In this document: piece by piece, positions 1 to 9,704 of the stretch
How the letters are laid out: every line of letters begins with the position of its first letter
Numbering within the stretch: position 1 is the first letter of the stretch
The notes under the pieces: generated by a model
Databases searched by the model: none
Told to the model about the DNA's origin: nothing
The model's input: only the letters and a program-made list of their open reading frames with translations
Assembly: GCA_963666485.2 (NCBI GenBank)
Contig: CAXXUO010000001.1
Span: 480,001-544,000 of the forward strand
From: Syntrophorhabdaceae bacterium
GTDB lineage: Bacteria; Desulfobacterota; Syntrophorhabdia; Syntrophorhabdales; Syntrophorhabdaceae
DNA length: 64,000 nt
Reading direction: 5' to 3'
Translations under genes and position numbers: made by a program

Positions 1-1448
1 TCGCCTTATTTGCAGCCTTTTTATTGTTTTTTACCTTTTCTGTGCTGGCAGACCCGGCCAGCCCTCCCGTTAAAAAGGCGGGCTTTGCCGGCGCGTTCTA
101 TCCGGCAGCGAGGCAGGACCTTGAGAAGGCGGTCGACGATTATCTCAAGAATGCCGCTTCCGCAGGGTGTTCAGGCGCGCCCGGCACTTTCGCGGTCATG
201 GCCCCCCATGCGGGATACATCTATTCCGGACAGGTCGCGGCATGCTCCTACTCGGCGCTCAAGGGCACGAAGGCAAGAACGGTCATTCTGCTCGGGTCGA
301 GCCACCGGGCCTCTTTCGATGGCGTCGCTTTGTATCCGGACGGAAGCTGGGAAACCCCGCTCGGCCCTGTCGCGATCGATGCCGCGGCGGCGAAGGCTTT
401 AGCGCCCCCCGGAGGTATCCTCAAGGCCCTGCCGGGTGTGTTCGACGGGGAACATTCCCTTGAGGTCCAGCTTCCCTTCCTCCAGAGGACGTTTAAGGAT
501 GTGAAGATCGTTCCCCTGCTCACAGGGCGCATCGACAAACAGGGCATTGCCCAATTAGCGGATGCCCTGAAGGGGGCCATTGCCAGGGACAAGGGCCGGA
601 CGGTGCTCGTCGTATCCTCAGACATGTCTCACTACCGCTCGTACACCGCAGCGGAGACCATGGACGTATCGACCTTGAAGCAGATCGAGGGGCTCTCCTG
701 GGAGGGCCTTCTTAACGGCGTCTCGCGCGGCGAAAATGAACTGTGCGCGGCCCCCGCAGTCGTTGCGGCGATGAAGGCGACGAGAGACATGAACGGGGAA
801 GCGCACATCCTCGGTTACGCGAATTCCGGCGATACGGGCGGGGACAGGTCCCGGGTTGTCGGGTATGGTTCGGTGTCGTTCGTACTGCCGGAGAAAAAAG
901 ACCTCCCTCCTCTCACAGAGGCCCAGAAGAAGAAACTCCTTTCGCTTGCCCGCAAAACCCTCGATGAATATGTTTCGTCGAAGACCATCCCGGCCGTCGA
1001 GATGAAGGACGCCAGGCTCACGGAGCGGTCGGGGGTATTTGTCACCCTGAACAAGCACGGGCAGCTCAGGGGCTGCATCGGGTATATACGGCCGATCGCG
1101 CCGCTTTACCGGTCCGTCGTCGAGATGACCGTGGCAGCGGCATCGCGCGACACGAGGTTCCTTCCCGTGACGGCCAAGGAGACGAAGGATATAGCGATAG
1201 AGATATCGGTGCTTTCGCCTCTCAAGATCATACGGTCGCCGAATGAGATCGTGATCGGCAGGCACGGCCTGTATATCGTAAGGGGCGGCGTATCCGGCCT
1301 CCTTCTGCCGCAGGTGGCGACCCATTACACGTGGAATCGGGAGGAGTTCCTCCGCAATACATGCTCGAAAGCAGGGCTGCCCGAAGATGCCTGGAAGGAT
1401 AAAGAGGCAAAGATCTTTATTTTCTCGGCTGAGATCTTCTCGGAGTAG
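1..1448 (+). CDS. AmmeMemoRadiSam system protein B (Memo-like) / protein A (AMMECR1) fusion; 5' end probably lies outside the window
   Basis: Memo motifs AGAFYP, PHAGYIYSG, EHSLEVQLPFLQ, SSDMSHY. AMMECR1 motifs GVFVTL, LRGCIG, IEISVLSP, GLLLPQVA. The frame is open back to base 3 with a hydrophobic signal-like stretch. Confidence 0.92.
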   Translation, partial: ALFAAFLLFFTFSVLADPASPPVKKAGFAGAFYPAARQDLEKAVDDYLKNAASAGCSGAPGTFAVMAPHAGYIYSGQVAACSYSALKGTKARTVILLGSSHRASFDGVALYPDGSWETPLGPVAIDAAAAKALAPPGGILKALPGVFDGEHSLEVQLPFLQRTFKDVKIVPLLTGRIDKQGIAQLADALKGAIARDKGRTVLVVSSDMSHYRSYTAAETMDVSTLKQIEGLSWEGLLNGVSRGENELCAAPAVVAAMKATRDMNGEAHILGYANSGDTGGDRSRVVGYGSVSFVLPEKKDLPPLTEAQKKKLLSLARKTLDEYVSSKTIPAVEMKDARLTERSGVFVTLNKHGQLRGCIGYIRPIAPLYRSVVEMTVAAASRDTRFLPVTAKETKDIAIEISVLSPLKIIRSPNEIVIGRHGLYIVRGGVSGLLLPQVATHYTWNREEFLRNTCSKAGLPEDAWKDKEAKIFIFSAEIFSE

Positions 1449-1481
1449 TAATGCCACGTACTATCAGATAAGGGAGTCTGA

Positions 1482-1847
1482 ATGAAGATCAGTTGTTCCG
1501 TAAACACCGAAAATAGTATTAATCAGGACCGGGACAGGTTCCTCACGTCCTGCATGGGCGCCTGCTGGCATGAAAAAACCGGCGAGCCTGTCACGAAGTT
1601 CGCGTCCAAAGGTTTCATATGCATAAAATGCGGCATGTTCTTTACCGCGCAGAACAATTACTCGATGCCTGAAGATTTTTTGAAACTGTACGAATGGGCC
1701 AAAAACGACAGCGGTCTCGACGAATTTGTAAAGAAATTCAAGCCTGCAGATTTCCTGAATGAAAAGAAGGGGCCGCGTACGAGAAAATCATTCGCTGACG
1801 GCCTCTTCGCACTGCTTTCCGCCCGGGAGGAAAAGAGCGATGTTTGA
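1482..1847 (+). CDS. hypothetical protein with CxxC
   Basis: GGGAG RBS, fills the gap between co-oriented genes, CIKC motif. Confidence 0.65.
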   Translation: MKISCSVNTENSINQDRDRFLTSCMGACWHEKTGEPVTKFASKGFICIKCGMFFTAQNNYSMPEDFLKLYEWAKNDSGLDEFVKKFKPADFLNEKKGPRTRKSFADGLFALLSAREEKSDV

Positions 1848-3042
1848 TAAAGGGATACGGGAAAAATATGCCGACGTCCTGTTGTGGGGACTTACGACCG
1901 CCCGGAAAGGGGCATTCAAGAAAGGGGATGTTATCCTTATCCAGTATGACCCTGCCGCACGGGAACTCGCCGAGACGATCTACCGCAAGGTCCTCGAGAG
2001 GGGCATGTACCCCCTCCAGCGGATGGGGCTTACCAACACGATGGAACACACATTTTATGAAATGGCGAACGAGCAGCAGCTGAAATTCCTGCCGCCGGGT
2101 GACAGGGAGCTCTACCAGGCAATAAACGGCCGCATCTTCCTTCGCGCGCCCGAGTCGCTCACATATCTGAAGGATATCGATCCCTCACGCATCGGGAAGG
2201 TCCTTGTTTCACGCAAGCCCTTCCGGGAAATAATGGACAGACGGGAAGAAAAAGGAGTGTACAGCTGGACATTGTGCACCTATCCGACGGCGGGCCTGGC
2301 AAAGCAGGCAAAGATGCCGCTTTCAGCTTATGCCGCCCAGATCAGGAAAGCCTGTTTCCTCGACCTCAAGGACCCGGTCCGGAAATGGGAGGCCATACAC
2401 GCGAAAGCGACTGAGATCAAGAAATGGCTGAGCAGTCTGCACGTCGAATATTTTCGGGTGGTCTCCCGGAATATGGACCTTGTCCTCACACCCGGGGACA
2501 AGAGAAAGTGGGCAGGCATCTCCGGTCACAACATACCGAGCTTCGAGGTTTTCCTCTCACCTGACTTTCGCGGCACCGAGGGCGTTTACTACGCGAACCT
2601 GCCTTCCTTCCGCAGCGGAAATTACGTCGAGGGCGTACGGCTCGTCTTCAGGAAAGGGAAGGTCGTTGAGGCCGAAGCGAAAAAGGGCGGGGAATTCCTG
2701 AAAAAGCAGGTTGCCATGGACAAGGGGGCCTGCCGGGTCGGCGAGTTTTCACTCACGGACAAGCGATTCTCCCTTATCGACCGTTTCATGGCGGATACGC
2801 TGTTCGACGAGAACTTCGGGGGTAGCGACGGCAATTGCCATCTTGCTCTCGGGGCATCCTACAGTGACACGTATAGCGGCAACCCGGCCCGGCTGACGAG
2901 GGAGGTCAAGGCCAGGCTTGGCTTCAACGACTCGGCCCTGCACTGGGACCTTGTGAATACCGAGCCGAAGACGGTGACTGCCTATCTTAAAGACGGCAGG
3001 GAAATGGTCATTTATGAAAAAGGCGTCTTTCGGAAACCGTGA
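1840..3042 (+). CDS. aminopeptidase (peptidase M29 / AmpS-like)
   Basis: NIPSFEVF, GEFSLTD, LFDENFGG, CHLALG, NDSALHWD motifs. ATG at 1840 follows GGAGG. Confidence 0.88.
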   Translation: MFDKGIREKYADVLLWGLTTARKGAFKKGDVILIQYDPAARELAETIYRKVLERGMYPLQRMGLTNTMEHTFYEMANEQQLKFLPPGDRELYQAINGRIFLRAPESLTYLKDIDPSRIGKVLVSRKPFREIMDRREEKGVYSWTLCTYPTAGLAKQAKMPLSAYAAQIRKACFLDLKDPVRKWEAIHAKATEIKKWLSSLHVEYFRVVSRNMDLVLTPGDKRKWAGISGHNIPSFEVFLSPDFRGTEGVYYANLPSFRSGNYVEGVRLVFRKGKVVEAEAKKGGEFLKKQVAMDKGACRVGEFSLTDKRFSLIDRFMADTLFDENFGGSDGNCHLALGASYSDTYSGNPARLTREVKARLGFNDSALHWDLVNTEPKTVTAYLKDGREMVIYEKGVFRKP

Positions 3043-3137
3043 GATTTCAACCCGGGACAACCGGGCAACGGCATTGTCCGCGTATTTCATCTGTGCTAGA
3101 ATACCGTGCATATTACTATGAGAAAGGGCGTTTATCT

Positions 3138-3524
3138 ATGGGTAAGGCAATATCAGGCAGTCTGTTGAAAATGTGGGAACTTCTCCCCGACGAGATACAG
3201 GACGCTCTCCTGTTGGCCACAGAAAAGTATCGGCATGCCGACAGGGACAACACGGTCAATTCGTGCCCGCACTGCGGGGACCACAATACGATGGACTGCT
3301 CCAATATAGACCCTATCAATGACGCCACGGTGGGCCTATGCTGCGTCTGCGGGTATCTCTGGTGCACGGAATGCGATGCGTCATTGATGCACGGGATAGA
3401 CTGCGGCCACTGGCAGATATGCACCGCATGCCCCGAAAAGAAGGAATCAGGCTTCTGCGGCACGCTCGTCTGGGAATGCCCCCGCATCAAGGAATGGCTG
3501 AGAAAGAATCATCCGGTAGTATAA
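3138..3524 (+). CDS. Cys-rich putative metal-binding hypothetical protein
   Basis: Multiple CxxC pairs (CPHC, CCVC, CTEC, CTAC). Confidence 0.7.
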   Translation: MGKAISGSLLKMWELLPDEIQDALLLATEKYRHADRDNTVNSCPHCGDHNTMDCSNIDPINDATVGLCCVCGYLWCTECDASLMHGIDCGHWQICTACPEKKESGFCGTLVWECPRIKEWLRKNHPVV

Positions 3525-3531
3525 TAAGAGA

Positions 3532-3616
3532 GGCGATGGGCAAGGTGCGATAGGAAAGGACATTCTCCCTATAGCCTATCGCCTATCGCCTATAGCCTAT
3601 AGCCTATCGCCTATAA
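3532..3616. repeat. heptamer array (CCTAT(A/C)G)x7 at 3568-3616 with a degenerate inverted arm at 3532-3554
   Basis: cctatag cctatcg cctatcg cctatag cctatag cctatcg cctataa read directly. Confidence 0.9.
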
Positions 3617-3635
3617 CTATTTTAAGGAGCTATCG

Positions 3636-3809
3636 ATGGACAAGAAAGCTGTAATGGAAAAAGTTAAAACCCAGCTGCAGGACGGGAAGATCTCGTGCCA
3701 GAGGGCCCGCAAGCTCGCCGAAGACGAAGGCATTACCTACAAGGACATGGGCGATCTGCTCAACGAGAACAAGATCAAGATAATGGGCTGCCAGCTCGGC
3801 TGCTTCTGA
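3636..3809 (+). CDS. 57-aa small protein ending CQLGCF (below the ORF-track cutoff)
   Basis: AAGGAG RBS. Translates MDKKAVMEKVKTQLQDGKISCQRARKLAEDEGITYKDMGDLLNENKIKIMGCQLGCF, then TGA TAA and a terminator. Confidence 0.85.
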   Translation: MDKKAVMEKVKTQLQDGKISCQRARKLAEDEGITYKDMGDLLNENKIKIMGCQLGCF

Positions 3810-3810
3810 T

Positions 3811-3842
3811 AAACGCGGTCCCCGGAACGGGGCCCGCGTTTT
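3811..3842 (+). terminator. intrinsic terminator hairpin
   Basis: aaacgcggtcccc-ggaac-ggggcccgcgttt followed by a short T run. Confidence 0.7.
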
Positions 3843-3921
3843 CGGGTACCCGCATGCCCTTGCTTAGCTCTCCCTGTTCTGTTACAATTTTCTGATAGAA
3901 TCCGATGAGAGGTAATCATTC

Positions 3922-4830
3922 ATGAACATTCTTTCCGCAATCGGCAATACGCCACTCGTGGAATTGTGCAATATCAACCCCAACCCGAACGTAAAGGTCC
4001 TGTGCAAACTGGAGGGGTGCAACCCCGGGGGCTCGGTGAAGGACCGCCCCGCCCTGTACATGATAACAAACGCCGAGAAACGCGGGGAGCTCACCAAGGA
4101 AAGAACGATCCTCGAACCGACGTCCGGCAATACCGGGATTGCGATCGCGATGATCGGGGCGGCGAAAGGTTACCATGTCGAGCTGTGCATGCCGGCGTGC
4201 GTCAGCAACGAACGGCGCCTGATACTGCAGGGCCTCGGCTCCGAGGTGTTTCTCACGCCCGCGAAAGAGAACATAGACGGTGCCATCCGGCAGGCGCACA
4301 TTTTCTTGAGCGACGAACCGAAAAAATACTACATGCCGAACCAGTATGAGAACCCGGACAATGTCCTTGCGCATTTCGAGACAACCGGGCCGGAAATATA
4401 CCGCCAGACCGACGGGGAGATCGATTATTTTGTAGCGGGCATGGGAACGGGAGGTTCATTGATGGGGACCGGAAAATACCTCAAGTCGGTGAAGCCCTCC
4501 GTGAAGATCGTCGGCGTCGAACCGGTGATGGGCCATACCATCCAGGGGCTGAAGAACATGACGGAATCCATTGTCCCCGGGATATACCACCAGGAAAAAC
4601 TCGACATGAAGGAGATGGTGGAAGATGGTGAGGCCTTCGAATTGACAGGGCTCCTCGCCCAGAAAGAAGGCATCTTCGTCGGAACGTCAAGCGGCGCCGC
4701 AGCAGCCGTCGCCTTGAGGATCGCCCAGAGGATCGATCACGGGACGATAGTCGTTCTCTTCCCGGACCGCGGGGACAGGTACTTAAGCACCATGCAGTTC
4801 AGGTCCATCTGCGCCAAGTGCCCGCCCTGA
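3922..4830 (+). CDS. cysM: PLP-dependent cysteine synthase (CysM/CysK family)
   Basis: IGNTPLV, NPGGSVKDR (PLP Lys), EPTSGNTG, GMGTGGS, PDRGDRYLS. Confidence 0.9.
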   Translation: MNILSAIGNTPLVELCNINPNPNVKVLCKLEGCNPGGSVKDRPALYMITNAEKRGELTKERTILEPTSGNTGIAIAMIGAAKGYHVELCMPACVSNERRLILQGLGSEVFLTPAKENIDGAIRQAHIFLSDEPKKYYMPNQYENPDNVLAHFETTGPEIYRQTDGEIDYFVAGMGTGGSLMGTGKYLKSVKPSVKIVGVEPVMGHTIQGLKNMTESIVPGIYHQEKLDMKEMVEDGEAFELTGLLAQKEGIFVGTSSGAAAAVALRIAQRIDHGTIVVLFPDRGDRYLSTMQFRSICAKCPP

Positions 4831-4892
4831 GACCATTCAATTGTGCCGTCGAACCAGCAACTGCATGACATCATACCGTGCAGGAGCCGTAA

Positions 4893-5228
4893 ATGAGGGA
4901 GATAGCAAACACCAATCTCACAGAAAAAGACATCCCGCCCCCCGGTGCACAATACTGGGGCCTGATCGATCGCTTCGCGCTTTCTTTTGACGGATACAAA
5001 TACTGGGGCACATTCGAAAAATGCGCTGAGATCTCAAATAACCGGATAAACGCCTGGCACGAGGCGAAAACCTTGCCTGCCTCATTGACCGAATTGCGAA
5101 CGTGCTTATTTATGCAACAAAGGGCCTGGAAACATCTGGAAGAGCATCCCGATGAAAAGGCCATGATATATATCCGCGCTCTCGTTGAGGCGATCAGAAA
5201 CAAAGTTCAGAAGAATGAATTAGAGTAA
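4893..5228 (+). CDS. hypothetical protein
   Basis: AGGAG RBS, globular-looking 111-aa ORF. Confidence 0.7.
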   Translation: MREIANTNLTEKDIPPPGAQYWGLIDRFALSFDGYKYWGTFEKCAEISNNRINAWHEAKTLPASLTELRTCLFMQQRAWKHLEEHPDEKAMIYIRALVEAIRNKVQKNELE

Positions 5229-5459
5229 TCCAGGATCTGGTTTGCTTCATCTTCGTTGTTACCGGGACGCCATACAGTTCAGGCCCATCCGTGCCAAATA
5301 CCCCCTTCAAAAGATCTTCAGGCCCGGAAGGCTCCGGGTAAACATTATTAAGCCGGCCCGGCTCACATCTGTTCTATTCGCGTGACAATATCATTGACAT
5401 TTTTATGGACATAATCTACACTTATTGTATCATAACTTATGGACTATTAAGGATATATA

Positions 5460-6614
5460 TTGGACAAAATACTTACAATAAGGACGTTCAAATCGGGACA
5501 TATCTATTTCAGCTCCCGGTATCAGGATTCCACATTACGGGAAACTTTCACAGAGGCAAGAACCCTCTATGCAACAATTAAAGATCTGCCCATCATTCCG
5601 CAGTATGCATCCTTTCTGGAAGAAGAGCTTGTAAAGCGTTCTATCTTTGGGACGGCTGCAATTGAAGGAAACCCCCTTTCAGAAGAGAAAATTAAGAGAA
5701 TTATAGAAAAAACTCCAGACACTTCCGGATCAATGGGGCAGTTCGAACAAGAAATAAGAAATTTGAACGAGGCGTACAATAATTATGTGATTAGATGTAA
5801 AAAAAACGTTATGCCAGCATATCTTACCGAAGACAATATAACTGAAATTCACCGGATCGTTACCAATAAGATCGATTATGAGCACAATGTTCCCGGTCAT
5901 TACAGGAATGAACGTGTTCAGGTCGGCGATAAAGAACATGGCGGAGTATACACGCCTCCCAAGGTCCTCGATGACATTAGAATTTTAATGAAAGCCTTTG
6001 TAGACTGGATAAACAGCGACGAACTGCTGCGCCTGGAACCAATCATCCGGGCGGCTTTAGCGCATTATTATCTGGGACTTATCCATCCGTTCAGGGATGG
6101 GAACGGGAGAACTGCACGAATAATTGAGGCATATCTTCTGACCTGCAGCGGCTACAGGTATGTACCAGTTATGCTATCCAATTTTTACTACAAGAACATC
6201 GATAAGTATTTTTTGGCCTTCTCCGTTACTGAAAAAAACAAAGACCATGATTTGACCTATTTTCTGGAGTTTGTGACGGGAGGATTTGTAGAGTCCCTGA
6301 AAGAAATCAAGGACCGCATTATCTTCATGATCAGAAAGTTGGCACTCAAAGATTATTATTCATTTCTGAAAGAAAGGTCGGAGATCAACCAGAGACAATG
6401 CGATCTGTTGTCCATTTTACTCGCCCGGCCTGCAGCTTTCTCTTTTCGGGATTTATTTGAAAATCCCGTTTTTTCGATCCTCTTTAGGAATGTCGTGGAT
6501 AGAACTGCTAAACGGGACCTGAAAAAGCTATGCGGGATGAACCTTTTAACATATCAAGACGATAAGTACCTTCTAAATTTCAAGGTTCTGGATCCATTCA
6601 GCAATATCCCGTAG
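5460..6614 (+). CDS. Fic family protein (class II-like) with probable C-terminal wHTH
   Basis: HPFRDGNGRTAR catalytic motif, TAAIEGN inhibitory-type motif, TTG start, AT-rich coding sequence. Confidence 0.92.
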   Translation: MDKILTIRTFKSGHIYFSSRYQDSTLRETFTEARTLYATIKDLPIIPQYASFLEEELVKRSIFGTAAIEGNPLSEEKIKRIIEKTPDTSGSMGQFEQEIRNLNEAYNNYVIRCKKNVMPAYLTEDNITEIHRIVTNKIDYEHNVPGHYRNERVQVGDKEHGGVYTPPKVLDDIRILMKAFVDWINSDELLRLEPIIRAALAHYYLGLIHPFRDGNGRTARIIEAYLLTCSGYRYVPVMLSNFYYKNIDKYFLAFSVTEKNKDHDLTYFLEFVTGGFVESLKEIKDRIIFMIRKLALKDYYSFLKERSEINQRQCDLLSILLARPAAFSFRDLFENPVFSILFRNVVDRTAKRDLKKLCGMNLLTYQDDKYLLNFKVLDPFSNIP

Positions 6615-6654
6615 ACGTTTGCCATTGATAAACGTCGATCCCTGCCCGACCGGG

Positions 6655-7110
6655 TCACTGCTTCGCTTTACAGATATCTGCGATCAGCCTGTCGAGGATA
6701 GAACCGGCAGGGAACTTTTCCCACTTTTCGGCCACTGGCGAGGCGGAGTATGTGTGCAGGACCGCACCCGTGGCACTGTATGCAATGGAGCTTTGCATGC
6801 CGCACGCCAGCTTGTCGCAGTCGCAAGCGTAATTGAACATGTCGTAATTCCAGGAATCGTAGCTTTTCTTATAGGCTCCCTTCTTCTTTTCCTCGTCTAT
6901 CAATTCGCGGAGCTTCTCTTTTGTGTAGACGACCTTTACCCAGAAAACGACGATGCCCGTGCGGGTCCCGCTCAGACTTTCCTTATCGTAGTACCATTTT
7001 CCCGAATTGTCGGCATCAAGATACGTCCAGACATCCGCACCCGCATGTGTCGGGCACAGGCAAAAACAAAAAGTCAGGGCTAATAATGAAATTACGATGA
7101 TATGTTTCAA
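6655..7110 (-). CDS. secreted protein, surface-adhesin E-like
   Basis: Signal peptide, W..YYDKES..V.FWVK pattern and C-terminal Cys. Family call is inference. Confidence 0.65.
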   Translation of the reverse strand: MKHIIVISLLALTFCFCLCPTHAGADVWTYLDADNSGKWYYDKESLSGTRTGIVVFWVKVVYTKEKLRELIDEEKKKGAYKKSYDSWNYDMFNYACDCDKLACGMQSSIAYSATGAVLHTYSASPVAEKWEKFPAGSILDRLIADICKAKQ

Positions 7111-7180
7111 TTGTCTTCCCCCCTCGGATCTTTTGTGTATCCATGATACTTTTTTGCAGAAATAATATCAAGGAACGAAG

Positions 7181-8509
7181 CTATTTCAGGTCGGTGATCT
7201 TCAGGCTCCTCCATCCATGCACCGGGTCATGTGCCTGCCTCAGCCTGTCGTATATTTCCCGCTCTTCGGCCGAGCCTGCCGGCGGCGGTTCGTCCCCGGA
7301 CCTCTCGTACGCGTCCAGGACATCGTTTATCGTGATATCGTCGAAAGGCCGTGCCGGATGAAAACAATCCTTTCGCTTCTCATCGGCCACTTCGATGATG
7401 AGCCCCAAATCCTTCAGATTACCGAGGGCCTCTTCAACGAGTTTCACAGGCATTTGAAGGCGGCTCGCTATCTGCCGCGCCTCGAGCGGCCCTTCCCCGG
7501 ATTGAAAACGTTTCACGATCAGGTGAAATACCCTCACCATGAATAATTTTCGGGCCGCGTCCCCGATCCTTGCAAGGTCGGGATGGATACCGAAAGTGTC
7601 CGAATACTCTGCCGCGTGTGCGATCTCTGCCCCGAAAAGGACTATCATCCAGCTTATCTGGAGCCAGCCGAGAAAGAGCGGAATGGCCGCAAAAGTTCCG
7701 TAAATGGCACCATGTCCCGATATGGCCATCTGGATCTCGAGGTAAATGAATTGTATGACCTGGAACCCGGTGCCGGCAATGATCCCTGCGAGGAGACCGG
7801 AACGGACCGCGACCCGGGTGTTCGGCATGACGATGTAAAGCACGATAAGGAGTATCCAGGTGGCAATATACGGCAGGAGCTTGATAAGGACGATCATCTC
7901 TTTGCTCAGGGAGCCCAGGAATGATATTTCATTCGTGATGGACGTGAGCTGCCCGGTAATAACCACCGTTGCGCTCGCCGATACGGCAAAAAGGATCGGT
8001 ACCACAACGAGTATCGACATGTAATCGGAGAATTTCCTTATCAGGGTCCTGGCTTTTTTCACTTCCCAGATCCTGTTAAAGCTGTCCTCTATCCTTCCCA
8101 GGATCGATATGACCGTCCAGAGCAAAAGAACTATCCCGACACCGGCAATGATACCGCCACGGGCATGCTTCAGGAGGGAATTGGAGAATATCACGACCTG
8201 GTTCGCCATCTCGGGATCGAGGTGTGCCGTGTCGGCCATCTGCATGATATACCCCTGTATCACCCGCCGCAGGCCGAATCCCTTGGCAATGGCAAATACA
8301 ACGGCAACGAGTGGTATAAAATTGAGGACCGAATAATAGGTCAGGACCGATGCCGTCCGCAGGGAATCGTTTCGCCTGAAATTTCGCGCGGCCAGGATCA
8401 CCGTCCTCAGGTACCGGATAAAGAGCGCGTACAGGGCCGGAAGGTCACGCATCCTCACTTCCCAGATACCTTTTTTCAGAAAATCGGTGAGCCTGGCGAT
8501 GTGTCCCAT
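7181..8509 (-). CDS. YihY/virulence factor BrkB family membrane protein with C-terminal Rrf2-like HTH
   Basis: ASVLTYYSVL, FNRIWEV, IYGTFAAIPLFLGWLQISW motifs. Start uncertain. Confidence 0.88.
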   Translation of the reverse strand: MGHIARLTDFLKKGIWEVRMRDLPALYALFIRYLRTVILAARNFRRNDSLRTASVLTYYSVLNFIPLVAVVFAIAKGFGLRRVIQGYIMQMADTAHLDPEMANQVVIFSNSLLKHARGGIIAGVGIVLLLWTVISILGRIEDSFNRIWEVKKARTLIRKFSDYMSILVVVPILFAVSASATVVITGQLTSITNEISFLGSLSKEMIVLIKLLPYIATWILLIVLYIVMPNTRVAVRSGLLAGIIAGTGFQVIQFIYLEIQMAISGHGAIYGTFAAIPLFLGWLQISWMIVLFGAEIAHAAEYSDTFGIHPDLARIGDAARKLFMVRVFHLIVKRFQSGEGPLEARQIASRLQMPVKLVEEALGNLKDLGLIIEVADEKRKDCFHPARPFDDITINDVLDAYERSGDEPPPAGSAEEREIYDRLRQAHDPVHGWRSLKITDLK

Positions 8510-8727
8510 TTCCCATACTTTTTCATATCTGCCGGGAACAATCAAACCATTTGTCATAAATCCCCGGTACCGCGACAAAACGCTCGCGGCAAAAGCACTG
8601 CCGGCGCGTGTCGGCGCCTCCCCTTTAAATTTGCCGTGTACGATGCCTTTAGGCTAAAGTACTGTTTTACAACCGTGTTACGCGCGCCGCACATTGACAG
8701 GCATCGCCGCTTGCCCCATGTTTAGAC

Positions 8728-9675
8728 ATGGGAATGACGAACATCCAGGCGGCCCGGCCGCTCATTCTCCGGCTCAGCCTTTTTTTCGCCCTCTCCCGGA
8801 CCCCGCACTGTCTTATCGACCTTGCCACGCCGGTCCTTACGGCCATATTGTGTTATGGGGGTTTCCCGCCCGGGCGCGTCCTGTGGCTCGGGATAGTGAC
8901 GGCGTTTGCAGGATATACGAGCGTGTATGCGTTAAACGATCTTGTGGATTATCATGCGGACCGCGAGCGCTTCCTCCGTAAGCTCACGTCTTCGGGCCCT
9001 GTCGACCTCGATTCGATCTTTGCGCGACATCCCGTAGCGTCGGGCCGCCTGTCGCTGATCGATGCGGCGATATGGGCGGCGGCCTGGGGAGTCATCGCGG
9101 TCATCGGGGCATTGATATTGAATCCCCTGTGCATTGTGATCTTTCTCGCGGCATGCTGCCTCGAGGCTTTGTATTGCCAGGCATGGCAAACGAGCTGCCT
9201 CAAGGTCTTCGTGAGCGGGGCGGTAAAGACGGCGGGGCCCCTTGCCGCCATATACGCCGTCGATCCTGAACCATCCCCATCATTTGTCGCCATCGTCTTC
9301 TTCTGGCTCTTCCTCTGGGAGGTCGGGGGACAGAACATACCCAACGACTGGTCCGATATAGACGAGGACACACGGATGGACGCCTCGACCTTCCCCGTTC
9401 GTTTTGGAACGTCGCTCAGCGCCGACATCGTGCTCGGGTGCCTCTACCTCGCGTTGTGCCTCGGTGCCGTGGCCGTCAATTCATCCCGGGTACCCCATAG
9501 TTTCATCTCCACGCTCCTGTCGATCGCTGCCGCGATGTACCTCCTCATATTCCCGGCATTGAAGCTCAACAGGACACAGGGCAAAGCTGACGCGCTCTCC
9601 CTCTTCAACAGGGCTTCATATTACCCGGCGGCCATGCTCCTGTTTGTCAGTGCGGGATGCCTTCGCGGACCTTGA
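8728..9675 (+). CDS. UbiA-family prenyltransferase
   Basis: Asp-rich motifs NDLVDYHADR and NDWSDIDED, HPVASG motif, multiple TM helices. Confidence 0.85.
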   Translation: MGMTNIQAARPLILRLSLFFALSRTPHCLIDLATPVLTAILCYGGFPPGRVLWLGIVTAFAGYTSVYALNDLVDYHADRERFLRKLTSSGPVDLDSIFARHPVASGRLSLIDAAIWAAAWGVIAVIGALILNPLCIVIFLAACCLEALYCQAWQTSCLKVFVSGAVKTAGPLAAIYAVDPEPSPSFVAIVFFWLFLWEVGGQNIPNDWSDIDEDTRMDASTFPVRFGTSLSADIVLGCLYLALCLGAVAVNSSRVPHSFISTLLSIAAAMYLLIFPALKLNRTQGKADALSLFNRASYYPAAMLLFVSAGCLRGP

Positions 9676-9704
9676 ACGAGGGTGGGCTTGAAAGGACGCG
9701 ACAC

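Noticed and set aside
4828..4896. Sec read-through of the cysM TGA
   Set aside because: No clear downstream hairpin, and the extension does not resemble a domain.
8699..8715. Sigma-54 promoter GGCATCGCCGCTTGC before the UbiA gene
   Set aside because: GG-to-GC spacing is 11 rather than 10, and it is too close to the start codon.
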